A stretch of DNA of 64,000 nt, taken from contig CM022665.1 of NCBI GenBank assembly GCA_012295275.1, positions 28,334,001 to 28,398,000 on the forward strand, given 5' to 3'. Origin of the DNA: Chrysomallon squamiferum. Taxonomy: Eukaryota; Animalia; Mollusca. Under the pieces are notes generated by a model. That model was not told the DNA's origin. It saw only the letters and a program-made list of their open reading frames with translations, and ran no database searches. The position numbers and the translations under genes are program-made. Shown here piece after piece: positions 44,864 through 57,340 of this stretch (its first letter is position 1; every line of letters begins with the position of its first letter).

Positions 44864-45100
44864 ATAATAATAATAACAGTAGCAGCAGCAGTAGTAGTAG
44901 TAGTAGCAATAACAGTAGCAGCAGCAGTAGTAGTAGTAGTAGTAATAGTAATAACAGTAGCAGCAGCAGTAGTAGTAGTAGTAGCAATAACAGTAGCAGC
45001 AGCAGCAGTAGTAGTAGTAGTAATAATAGTAATAACAGTAGCAGCAGCAGCAGTAGTAGTAGTAGTAATAACAGTAGTAGTAGGAGGAGGAGCAGTAGGA
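44730..45100. repeat. Compound (AGT/AGC/AAT) trinucleotide repeat with a higher-order unit
   Basis: Recurrent aataacagtagcagcagcagtagtagtagt blocks; source of the poly-Leu ORF. Confidence 0.9.
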
Positions 45101-46647
45101 ATAGTAGAAGAGTTTATAATACTAGTCTTAATAGTATAATAATAGTAATTATAATAGTTGCAGTAGCAGTAGTAAAGGTTAAAATGTTGATGATAGATGT
45201 AGGAAGTGATATTTGATGGGTTGGTGAAAGCAGTAGTTGCTGGTTTGTTGATAGCAGTAGTTGTTGTGTTGGTGAAAGCAGTAGGTGTAATAATAACAAA
45301 AACCGTAATGAGCGAAAAAGCATTGCCAACGGTAACATTTAGTTTTGTTATAGTGATGACAGGATAGTATTAACAGAAGTAATAATGAGAGAGGACAGTG
45401 GTAATGGCAGCATAAGTAGTAATTACTGTGATAGCAGTATTACACCAGTAGCAGAATTGGTCGTAGAAATCTGTTAACTCAAGATATGATGGAACATCTA
45501 GTAAAAATAAACACCATCAAGTATTTTACGTGTTCAAACCTGTGGAATGGGAATGGAAACTCAGTTTAACGTGATAATTTGTTCATGTTAAAGTTACAAA
45601 GTATGGGGACTCAGTTTGTGTAGTTCCGTAATCGTGCTATATAAAACATAATTATTTGGCAGAAGGCATTACATTTTTGTAAATAAATAAAGATTTTAAA
45701 GCACACAGAATCTAAATTTTAATTAAAAATCTCAGGGATCGTTGTCATAGTGCCAGTATTTAAAGTGCTTGTTATCTTGTCTAGGATTTTGAACACTGTA
45801 ACAAGAACTGGTAAATTTTAAACAATACGCCATTAATGACATAGATTACACTTCCTAATAAAGGTACACATGCACACACACACACACATACATACATACA
45901 TACATACATGATACATACATACATACATATATACATACATACATACGTACGTACGTACGTACATACATACATAAATTAGTACGTTAGTAAAATATAGTCC
46001 GTTTGTATCCGTAAAAAGAAATGTCTGTAATGAAATACAGTTTCATGAATAACCGGGTTTTGCGTTAAAATACAGGCGAGATCATCGTCGTCACAGTCGT
46101 CAAACTTTGCATTTTTTGTGTGTTTTTTTATTATTACTATTTTGTGTTTTTATTATTTATTTTTTTTTACATAAAATTTCAAAAATAATCTGCTACATAA
46201 AAAGTATTACTTATAATGTTAATCAAATGGTAAGACTAACGAAGTCAAATTTAGTCAGGATATTAACTGTTGTGATTCTGACTAATTATAATTACTCTCA
46301 CTTATACAGTGGTCATACAAAATTACTGCAGAATAGTTGTAGTACAAAGTACAATCATGGCGGCACTGAGCGCAGTACTGGTAGTGGTTGTCATGGTGAT
46401 AGTTTAAATTTAGTAGCAGCAGCACTAGTACAAGCAGTGGTAGTAGTAGTAGATGAATAAAAAGAAACAATGGTAGTAAATAGTAATACTAGTAGTAGTG
46501 TTAGTAATGTGTATTAGTATTAGCAGAACAAGAAGCAATAGTAGGTTTAGTGTAGAAGTAGCAGTAACACTAGCAGCAGAAGAAGAAGAAGCAGTATTAG
46601 TATAAGAAGTAGCAACAGCTTATAGATGGGTGTTTATTGGAGAGTTT

Positions 46648-46847
46648 CGTGTACACAAAAAAGTATTTCAGCATAAAATTGTTAAAATATTAAATAAAAC
46701 AATCTGCAGACTATCCGCATAAGTTATACATGAAATAAAAACGGATTTCTTGTTTTCACTTGAACTCCATTCTAAGGCTATCTCATTACATTCCAAAATC
46801 CGAGTTACTTAGGACTCAGCCATTTCAAATAAGGGATGCTGACCCTG
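46648..46847 (-). mobile_element. Second, partial copy of the Tigger-like MITE
   Basis: The reverse complement CAGGGTCAGCATCCCTTATTTGAAATGG...GGATTTTGGAAT...ATAGTCTGCAG aligns by eye to 18208-18420. Confidence 0.55.
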
Positions 46848-46954
46848 CAGTAATATTATAATAGTAGTATCATTAATTGTAGTATTACATATAGTAGTAG
46901 TAGCAGCAGCAGCAGTAGTAGTAGTAATGGTGAAGTTCTGAAACAAGAACAACA

Positions 46955-47014
<60 letters not shown>

Positions 47015-49387
47015 GCTATACGGCATTGTAATTATTATATAAAATCACTGCAATCATCGTTATTACCATTATCAACGTCGTTTAAACAGGTCCACATTAT
47101 TATTTTATTTTTCGTATTTGACAAGGGAAATAACTCTTGGAGGCATCTTAAATTAATCTGCGTAATTTGTATTTGCTTTTTTCGCACAATGACTCAGGTA
47201 CGGTAAAAGTGATTATTTTATTGATTAGCTCTTACTCATGAGTCTAAAGATGTCAACATAACAATAGTAATAACTGGCTAAATTCCTGGAAATAGTAGTA
47301 TTACAAGACTTCCATAAAAATGACTCATTCTGAGTAGTCATTAAATGAACTAACTGTCTGGTTTAGTCATTGTCTGTATATTTTTATTTTTTTAGAAAAA
47401 AAAAAAAAAAATAATAATATATATATATAAAATTAATTATATATATATATAATTTTAAAATTAATTGATTAAATAATAATAATAACATAAAAATAATATA
47501 AAGTAAAAATAAAATAATAAAAAATGAAAGTTTGAAATATAGAAATAAAACTTTATTAAAAGACAGCAAAAGTAATAAATACACAAGCAAAAATAATAAA
47601 ATAATAAAAAGAAAAATTATAAAAAAAAAGAATAATGGTTAATAATAAATAGTGGAGAAAAAATACATTTAAAAAAAAAAAATGGATACGAAATGAAATT
47701 AAAAAAAAAAAAAAAAAAGGAAATAAGCACATATAAATGTATGTATAAAACAGTCTGCAGCTTCTCCATAACAAATTTATTGACTGAATGTAAAGCTTCA
47801 TATTTTTATTCGTTTATCAACTCATTTTTTTATTATTTATTTATTTATTTATTTATTTTTTTTTTTTTTTTTTTTTTTATTTTTTTTTTTTTTTTTTATA
47901 TATACATATATGAGTTTTGACGTCTACTTGTTTGTGTCGTCTGCTTTATTTATTTTACCTAAGGGTCAAATGGGGATTTTCACAAATAACATGACATACG
48001 TAAAGAAACCATATACTGCTAACGAAAACAGTTTTATTCTTCTTTGATTCTAGTTTCATACGATATTTTTATTCCCCTGTGTTTTTATTTGTTCTGTTGT
48101 TTGGTACGTGCGTGCGTGCGTTTTTGTGGGTGTCTGCTGTTCTGTTTTCCCAGCGCATAAACTATGTGTTATTTTATACTAAAGAGTCTTTTGTTAGGCA
48201 TAGTGAAATCATTTTATTTATTTATTTATTTATTCATTCGTTCATTCATTCATTTATTTATTCATTCATTCATTCATTCATTTATTATTCTGTATCTTAA
48301 TCATTTATTAGAAAATTTTAATTTATTTACTTACGTCTTATTTTATTTATTTAATTTATAAGTTTACAGATTTTTAGTATTAATTTAATAAATGTTTGCG
48401 ACATGAACGTCAGCTAAACCCCAGGCCTCGAGATCTGAGTCTGCCTCCAGCACGATTTAGAAGCAGAGCTCCGCGAGGACGCCAAGAATGAAGGCTCCTG
48501 AAGTTTTCGTGCATTTATCAATGTCACTAAGAAATGCATAATCTGAGTTTTCAAAACATGAGCAACAGAGATCGAAGTTAATATAATGTCAACTAATACA
48601 TTAATTTTAATTAATTTTTTAACAGGCTACGAGGCATAAGTTACTGTTGCCTCGCCTCATGACATCACTGTGTGTATGTGTGTGTGTGTGTTTATTTATG
48701 TGTATGTATGTATGTGTGTATGTATGTGTATGCATGTATGTCTGTCTGTTAGGGTAGATATTTACAGGAATCAGTCTGTTTACCTCTCTACATATATCTA
48801 TCTATCTATCTATCTGTCTGTCTATCTCGCTACATATATCTATATCTATATCCATCCATCTATATATATATATATACATATATATCGATTAATCTTGTCT
48901 TTCTTTCTTTCTATCTCTAACTACCTAGAAGTTTGTCTTTCTCTGCAGTTAACTGTTTTTTTGTGTGTTTTTTTCATTTTCTTTTTGCAACATTTGCAAA
49001 TATTTAATTACATGTATCTGTATTATAAATTTAACATCAGATATATGAATATAAGTAAATAGGTTTTTGTTTCCGTGCTTGCAAAACGCTAACGAAGGTC
49101 ACGCTGTCGCAAACAGCAGTTCAACGTCGGCAGAGTGTCACCTCACTTGCAGCTGTTGCGTTTTTCTGTTTTGTTTATTATGGATTGTTCCCTTGTTTAT
49201 ACTAAGTATAATCACGAACTTCGCTGTCAGCTTGTTCCGTCCTTTCCACTGGTATCAAATGAGTTGGACGTTTTCCAAGAATGAAATTAAAATTTTAATT
49301 TTCTTTCTCTGTGTGGTTGAGATCACATATCACATCTGCGTCCTGGAAACATTTAATTAAAAAAAAAAAAAAAAATTCATTTATATA

Positions 49388-49422
<35 letters not shown>

Positions 49423-52044
49423 AATAATAATGAAATGTTTGACATATTTTAAAAGGTAAAAATAGCCGAGCTCTAATAAAGACTGAAATGATATCGCATT
49501 CTTGGGTGAAAGTTAACGTCTTCTAATTGATTTTTAAATGATTATATATTTATATATATGACATGATAGTAATAAATAGGTGATATTATTCTGAAAATGA
49601 TTCGAAAACGTGAAGCAGTTTACATAACAAGTTTGCAACATCGATTTAAATATTTTAATTTTTTTATTATTATTACTATTTTTGTTTTTGTTGTTGTTTT
49701 ATTTTTCGTTATTCTTATTCTTATTTTATTTTGTTGTTGTTTTATTTTTTGTTTTTGTTATTGTTATTGTTATTGTTATTTTTATTTTATTTTAATTATT
49801 GTTTTTCCTGTCGACAAGTAGAGGTGGAGGTAAAAAGAGGAACATACAGACAAAGAGAAAAACAATATATGTGAGTGTGCGTGTGCGTGCATGTCAGTAT
49901 CTTTGTTTGTAAATGTGTCTCTTCCGTTCCAATGCCGCAGTAGAAATCTGGGGATATTTATGACAAATTTACTAGTAGATGATTGTTTCTTGATTAAAAT
50001 TTTTAGCGAAACTGAAAATTAAAACAGATGTTTAAACCAGTCGTGCTCTGTGACAGAATGTTAAGAGTAACGTAAAATTTCCGGCATCATTTTCAGTTTT
50101 ATTATATGTGAATCAGAAATGAGTCGAGGTTAGACGTTATACGTCAGACTGGGAAAGCGTGAATTAAGTTAAACAGACAGAGAGACGAACGAATAGATAC
50201 CGATAGAGAGATGAATAGGGAGATAGAAGAAGTACCTCAGATCTGTAGATGGGTAGATCGATGGATGGAGAGTCAAAAAAGATTCATTGTTTTTAGAAAG
50301 GTTTTAGAGAAGGCTTTTAAAAGGATGATATATTTCCTTGTAAAAAGTTAAATTTCGTCTAATTACGAAGAGAAATGTCGTCATCTTTTTTTGTTTTGTT
50401 TTTTTCCATTTTCGTTTACCTTTATTATTATTTGGTGGTGTTATTATTGTCAGTGACGGTGATGGTAATGATGATGAGGAGGACATTGTTCTGATTGTGG
50501 TACAAGTGTGGGATTTTTTTTAAACTAATTTTTCTTTGAGTAAGTTACAGTAGAAAAACGTTTCTTCATTGTTCGTTAGGAACAATATGCTCATTTAAGA
50601 TCAATGCTAACTTATATCACGTAAAAAGTGATACCAAATTTTGTATCTAGCTATATTACTGTATTATATATATAATCCCAAGTTACACTTGCAAGTTTTC
50701 AGTCTTCACTGCGACTGGTTTTATTCAGTGATAAATATCACAGAGAACTAAGGAAATAAAACAGGTCGTGGAGTCATCTCGCTGCTGTCAACTTAGCTAC
50801 GCAGTACAAATGAAACAAAAAACATTGGCAGATACGTTTTATAATGTATTAACGTATTCTCCAGCAGTATCATTATTTTTCTTGTTAGTTTTAGTAACTA
50901 TCTTCTGTTTTGTTTACTGTATGTAGATAAACTCACGTGTGTTTGTGTGTGTAATAACTAATATGCATTATAATATGTGTGTTTGTGTGTATACAACAGC
51001 TATGCATTATGTTTTTACACCTGTTTGTTGTATGAATGTTGCTTAAGGGTGAAATTACAAAGAATTAAATATTTTTTATGAGATTCTTAATAAGATAGTA
51101 CAATCTGAGATTTTTAAAAGCGTATGTTATTTAACATGTAAGGATCTATTCAAATTTCTATGGGAATACTGTTTGGTTTTTTTTTTTGTTTTTGGTTTTG
51201 TTTCCTAAATAAAAATAATAAAATGAAACACAAAACTCTTCAGACAGTTCACAGTTTGTATATTTCACATAGGAAAAAATTTCTTCCAAGAAAAATTGGA
51301 AATAATAAAAATTAAGAAAAAAATAAGAAACAAAGCATTCTACACATATCCATACAATATACATATATATAGAAACATATATTAGTAATAAAGATAACTT
51401 ATATAAAAAAGTGTATTTTTTACAGCACCATCAAACCACGTGACCTGCACGCTCAATGAATAACATTTCTTTCAGACAATGTTAGCACTTTTCCTTGTCT
51501 TCCAATCCTAGTGGACATTTAGGAAGCACAGCTTTATGGTTGTGGGGATAACCGGCACAATAAATACAGCAAAAATACATTAAGCACTGGAAAGGTTCAA
51601 GAAAAAACCCATTCTTGTTTAGGTACTTTTTTTTTCTTTCTTTTTTTTTTTTTTTTTTTTTTTTGTGAGTACAAAAGCTATCCGAAATAAATTGTCTTTG
51701 TAGAAAAAAAAGTCTATAGAAAAAAACATGCATATATAAATTAGCGAAAACACTAAGGAATGCATATTCAGCAGTTAATTATGTTCAAGGCTGTAGCACT
51801 GTTGGCAAATGGCAAGTCAGCTTCTTTATGACGTAACATCCAGTTTTAAAACAAATGGAATTTTTAAATCGGGTATTTTGAAAATATCAAGACCTGTTCT
51901 TTGCTTTTTGGGTCTTGATATTGGATACCCAATATATATATATATATAAAGTTCACAGAAATACAATCTGTTTCATAAATCAGCGTCTTTTACATCTCAA
52001 GTTCATTATTTTCATTACTTCTTAACCTTTCTGTCCATTGCATA

Positions 52045-52494
52045 TTAAAGTGATATGAGTGTAGGTGAACCAATAGCTTCTGAACTTTCACTGGAACTTC
52101 TCTGAACCTCACTGGAACATGATGAGGTCACGGGAGTCAAACTAGAACTGCCAACAATACTGTCAAGGCTGTTGAAGGAAAAAAGGCCGCTGGTTGGAGT
52201 GGTCAGAGGAATCCCAGCCAGCGTGCAGGGAACAGTCGAGTCCTTCTCCCGTTTGACTAAGTGGAGAGAGTTGGGTCTCACTGATCCTGAGGTAAAGTCC
52301 AAGGCACCACATTGGCTATGTCTTGGCTCGGATTTCACTTTGATGGAATCCCCTTTTCTGCTGATCAAGCTGTTTTCCACCTTGCACAGAGGCTGGTGAG
52401 CCTGCAGGATGAACTCGAGCTGGTCTTTCTGCTGCTGCAGTGACTGGATCTCATTCTCCAGCTCTGATTTCTCAGCTTCAAGTTTGTCAGTCTC
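52045..52494 (-). CDS. Fos: Fos last exon (zipper ETDKLEAEKSELENEIQSLQQQKDQLEFILQAHQPLC ... C-terminal SPTLISL*)
   Basis: Acidic Fos zipper, LEFILxAH and HxPxC. The C-terminus matches the c-Fos SPTLLAL type. Acceptor tcacag, TAA at 52047-52045. Confidence 0.97.
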   Translation of the reverse strand, partial: ETDKLEAEKSELENEIQSLQQQKDQLEFILQAHQPLCKVENSLISRKGDSIKVKSEPRHSQCGALDFTSGSVRPNSLHLVKREKDSTVPCTLAGIPLTTPTSGLFSFNSLDSIVGSSSLTPVTSSCSSEVQRSSSESSEAIGSPTLISL

Positions 52495-52933
52495 CTGTGA
52501 AAAATAATATATGTAACATTTAAAACATGTCCTACTTGCAATTATAAATATACAAAGACAAAATTAGTTAACTGTTATTCAGCTTCTGAACATGTTATAC
52601 TTTAAAATACAGATATATAATCACAAAAAAGGACACAGTATTTATTCATAATTACATGCTTGATTTAGTTTATATATATATATATTCCCAAATAAAACAC
52701 GTTTAGTTTGCCTATATGTTTATGAGTACATTTACTATTATTCCTACATATTTGTGAGTATATTTTTGTGTCTGTGTCAGTGTATGTTCAAGGAGAATAT
52801 GTGTATATATATCTCTTTGAAATTTTCTGTAATAACTGACAGTTTATTAAATATATGTATGTTTATGTGTGGGTATGTATGTATAGATGTATATGTGTAC
52901 TGTTAACTGAAGTATAAGTAATGTAATACATAC

Positions 52934-53044
52934 ATCAACTAGTTTGTTTGTGTGATCCACTCTTCTCTGACGACATTTGGCTGCAGCAAGTTTGTTACGT
53001 TCACGTCTGACACGACGTCTGTGTATTTCTTCTTCACTCAAGTC
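52934..53044 (-). CDS. Fos: Fos basic-region exon ([37 protein letters not shown])
   Basis: Canonical Fos basic region. Acceptor tttcag, donor GAT|gtatgt, 111 nt. Confidence 0.97.
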
Positions 53045-53633
53045 CTGAAATTAAACAAAACAATAAATACGTTATTATCTGAAGGGAAATAAAAGATAAG
53101 ATAAGTTATATATATAAAAATTGCTTTAAAAATATACTATTAAATGATCAAATTATACTTGTTCTTAATTTTTATTATTATGTTCATTTATTTATTTATT
53201 AATGTTATTTGTTTAAGTTGCTGTTTTTATCCATTTTCCTGTCCAGGAAGCCATGGTCCAGTGCTTAAAGTGACATGCTGCAGGCAGTGTATACTAGCAG
53301 CATGCAGACAACACATGATATTATAATAGCAAGTGTTAACTGAAAATTTGCTCAACCATGACTGCTGATGGTTTACTATACAGGACAATATTATTGTTAT
53401 TATTATTATTGTTATTGTTATTTTTAATATCTGTACTTTTGTTTTTGCTGTTTGAAATAGCTTTTTATATAAAATTTCAGACCGTCTATTTAAGAAAAAC
53501 ACTTATAAAAATCGTAATTTAAATCTGACCGAATATACGTTATTGTTAAAATTTCCATGGGGTTAATTATTACACGTCTGGTTTTAATTATAAATGTTAA
53601 AGAAAACAAAATGTAATAAGTATATTATCAATA

Positions 53634-53673
<40 letters not shown>

Positions 53674-53728
53674 GGTACAACTAATAATAATTTTCTAGAT
53701 ATAAAAATTACAAAATCATGTAACAAAC

Positions 53729-54061
53729 CTTTTCGTCAATGGCTCGTCTTTTTCTCCTGGGCTGATCAGAGAGGAGATAACTCCCATTAACGTCCATTCT
53801 AGGCCGTTTATTAGCAGACGACCATTCGGCGTCCGATTGGCTGGAATCGCTGTATTCATATCCATCACAGGAATGCTCCCTGGAGACAGGGTCCACAATG
53901 GGAGGCACAAAACCACTTTGGGTTCTCGGATCATGGCTTGCAGAGCTAACAGGCACCGACTGCAGTTCGATAAATGTCTGTTCGATATTCGCCAGAGTTG
54001 TCGGGGTCAAGGTCGCAGTGGTTCCCGTTGACACGCCACTGAGGTAGCTGGATAGAGGATA
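53729..54061 (-). CDS. Fos: Fos exon 2 (YPLSSYLSGVSTGTTATLTPTTLANIEQTF...GFVPP...RAIDEK)
   Basis: Acceptor tttccag, donor AAG|gtttgt, 333 nt, phase 0/0. Has the TLTPTT and GFVPP motifs typical of invertebrate Fos. Confidence 0.95.
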
Positions 54062-54215
54062 CTGGAAAAGAAAATATAAAAATTAGTCCCTTTGCTGTAA
54101 TAATCATAATAGTAATAATAGTACCTGTGCTAGGATGAAAATAATTTAATAAAATAGGATTTATTCTTTGTTTCTATTTTTTACTTAGTTATTATTATTA
54201 TTATTATTATTATTA

Positions 54216-54249
<34 letters not shown>

Positions 54250-54758
54250 GTTTTGATTATTTCTATTATAATTATGTTTCTTATGAATTTTATAAAAATA
54301 AATGTGTTTAATTTTTTTTTTTTTTTTTTTTTCTTTAAATGTATTTAGAAGTTCTCACCGCAAAATCTGTATTATTATATACTAAAGAGATTTTTTGGCA
54401 TAATCAAATCATTTTACTTGTATTTATTTATTCATTCATTCATATATATGTTTTTTATTTATTAGAAAAAACTTTTGTTTACTTTTTTCTTTTGTCTCTC
54501 TCTCTCTCTCTTTTTCTCACTCTCGTTTTTTTCTCTTTTTTGTTTTCTTAATTTATAAGTTTAAAATTTGTATTATTAATGTGATCGAACATTTAAACTC
54601 TGGGGTATGAATCATTCCCTCCACTTTCACATAATATCTACGAACAATCACATATTTCCTCTTTGGCTGTCAAAAGAAAACGAAAAACATGCGACACTGT
54701 CATATTCAAAAAATATATATAATTTAAAAAAAAATCAATCAATAATGATCACACAAAC

Positions 54759-54878
54759 CCATCCATTGTGAGAGCCGCTGTAGTTTGTGTGGGAGCCGCT
54801 GTAGTTTGACTGGTAATTAACTTGAGATATCTGCCCGTATCCACCGGCACAAGACGGGTAGTTATAATAATCGTTCAT
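54759..54878 (-). CDS. Fos: Fos candidate alternative first exon 1c (MNDYYNYPSCAGGYGQISQVNYQSNYSGSHTNYSGSHNGW)
   Basis: ATG plus 40 open codons, ending in phase 0 at TGG|gtttgt. An internal 21-nt tandem duplication preserves frame. TATATAAG near 55025-55032, CCAAT 55120 and Inr-like TCAGTT 54995-54990 lie upstream. Confidence 0.6.
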
Positions 54879-55406
54879 ATCCACACTGTTAAATATTTAT
54901 CCCATCACAAAGCGTTAAATTAAAAATATATATATTTTTATAACACTTTTTTTTTCTCTCTCTCTCTCTCTCTTTCTGTATGTGACACAAACTGAAGACT
55001 ATCGCTTGCGGCTTAACTGTCAATCTTATATATAGCGCGGGTTACTACCATTTCGACACTGGCCAACCAAGCATGCTTACCGTCCCGGGCATTAGCTGAA
55101 AGTGCCATGATATCTCCAGCCAATCAAATAGCTCGAAAAGCGCGAGCTTGAATCACGGTTTGTACGAAAATTGAAAAATTGTAACCGAAAAGGATGTAAT
55201 AGGCGTTTTCTTACTCTATATGGTAAACGTAATTTACAGTCGCGAATTCAAATGTATGTCATTATATTCTTAGACGGATAAGAGAACATTTTGCATACAA
55301 TTAATTTACGATTATTATACGAGCAAATTGCAAACATAACAGAAAGCTATATGACCCATTCAGTTATAACAGTTTAAAAAGAACAATTCAAAATTGAAAA
55401 ACTTAC

Positions 55407-55478
55407 CTTCATTCGGGCACACGACATAAAACACGGTGTTATATGTGGTGGAAACGGTGGTGGTTCTATGAACAACAT
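55407..55478 (-). CDS. Fos: Fos candidate alternative first exon 1b (MLFIEPPPFPPHITPCFMSCARMK)
   Basis: aaaATG plus 24 codons, ending at the consensus donor AAG|gtaagt in phase 0. Confidence 0.45.
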
Positions 55479-55781
55479 TTTAAAAGTGTATGTTTATATA
55501 TATATATATATATTTTGGTGTGTATATCCTTTTCCCTATAAAGTTTTACTCTGAGATTATCGGCCCGAGAACAGACCACTGACAATGAAAAATTCAGTGT
55601 CAAGTTTACGAACTTGCTCCGTCTCCTTTTTATCCCTCCTTAACATTTACCATGAGCAAACGAAATCGGGTTACCAAGTTCACGACAAACTGAATATTCT
55701 TGTCTTCGACAGAAAACTACGCTAAATATAACGGGCTATGTTTACAGGACACAAATAACAAAACACAAATGTAATACATAC

Positions 55782-55883
55782 GCTCGTAGTTGCCGGTTCG
55801 CCGTTAGCCATGGATGACAGAATGTCGGCTACGTATTTAGATTCGGCATTGTAGCCGTTCTCGTTTTCTTGGCTTGTGTACAT
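55782..55883 (-). CDS. Fos: Fos first exon 1a (MYTSQENENGYNAESKYVADILSSMANGEPATTS); model join(55883-55782,54061-53729,53044-52934,52494-52045), 331 aa
   Basis: acaATG, 34 codons, donor AGC|gtatgt in phase 0. Lies directly downstream of a TATA/CRE/CArG promoter. Confidence 0.85.
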
Positions 55884-55958
55884 TGTTGTCCGCTCTCTTG
55901 GTGTATCTTTAGTATAATCCTAGTGTGTGAGGCTGAGTTATCGATGAAGTAAGTTGGC

Positions 55959-56169
55959 TTTATATTTGAAGCACCACTGGCTTGATATCGAAGGATATTC
56001 TTATGAGTCAGGCGATTGATTTGACCAGGGAATCCTCTGTCGGCCTTTATACTGTGACTCACGGTGAATCATTGTTCTAAATTTAGAAAAATTACCTCAT
56101 CCAGTCACGTGGTACGGGAATCTCTTGCCTTTTTTGGACGATTGTCGTGACGTCGTGAAAATTGTTTAC
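55959..56169 (-). promoter_or_regulatory. Fos promoter: TATA boxes, AP-1 sites, E-box, CArG, CRE-like, FoxO site
   Basis: TATAAA 55964-55959 and 56051-56046. TGAGTCA 56004, TGACTCA 56055, TTACCTCA 56092, CACGTG 56106, CCTTTTTTGG 56128-56137, TGACGTCG 56148 and TTGTTTAC 56162. Confidence 0.7.
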
Positions 56170-57340
56170 AAATTCTCAAGCGACGTAGTGTTTTCTTGGC
56201 TTCGCTCCAGCGATTGTCCTTAATTCTCTTGTTGTTGTCATTCATATTTATACAAGATCGGGACTTTTGTCGTCTGTATAAATGAATAAAATAAAATCAG
56301 CTGAGCAAATATACTTTCAGATATACTCCATATGCAGACATTTTACAATAAATAGCTTGATATGATTAAATATGATCGAACTAAAGAAAATAGTTTGCAA
56401 GTCATTGGCCCATTGTTCCTTTTATTACGTCAGATGTGAACTGTAACCCGATTGTTAGTTTTTAAGCATACCACGCATTTAACTGATTTAGGCCTCCTTG
56501 TAGCACGCTTTACGTGCTTAAATCTAAAATTAGAACCTTTTGCGACCTCATTTTAAACATCAAATGTACCACATGAACCATGCAATATGATGCTTTTATT
56601 GCTGTGTTTGCTGTTGGTAGCGATAGTTGATAATGCTGTTGCTATTAATATTGCTATTACATAATACTATTTCGACTGCTACGATAACTAATTATTATAC
56701 ATACCACCGTTGATACAATATTACTATAATTAGTAACTATGAATATATATAATTATACTGAATATTTATCCAGAATTACTTCAGCACATCACATTTCTCA
56801 TACAAAACAACAACAAAATAAAAACCAATAAATTTAAATGGTTTATATAAAATATGTAATTGTTCATTTTTACTATACTAATTAATTAATTAATTATTAT
56901 TAATATTAGTATTATTTATTTATTTATTTGTTTGTTTGTTTGTTTGTTTGTTTGTTTATAACATACTGGTTAAGAAACACTATGTTTACTTAGTTAATTC
57001 TATTTTACTTTATTTGTTTATTTATAGTAAGTCTTGTTAACTGATAATAATGCATTTTTAAACGTTGTTACGAATCTTAGCACATTTACTTTGTTCTATT
57101 TCCGATATTTATTAAATTTAACATCAACAGTTTTCAACCTACAATCACATAATACTATATTATACAGATAACTATGTAACTTTCATGCGTAGTCTACTAT
57201 TTATTCAGAACAGAGAGGTGCTGGTCAGATGAGGTCAGGTCAGGTCAGGTCATTTTGTTCCCGTTGCGTTTTTCTTGGTCAAAAGTACTGACAAGAAATA
57301 CATTAAAATTAAACTAATCTAAATTAAAATTAAAATTAAA

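Noticed and set aside
48400-48515. GC-rich patch between Fos and G2 as a hidden exon
   Set aside because: No bZIP similarity, stops in the frames examined and no convincing splice pair.
53274-53304. catgctgc...gcagcatg hairpin in Fos intron 2
   Set aside because: Only an 8-bp stem, within chance expectation.
55081-55108. ATG mini-exon MALSANARD with a gtaagc donor as a fourth Fos first exon
   Set aside because: Phase 1, so out of frame with exon 2; it lies within the putative 1c promoter.
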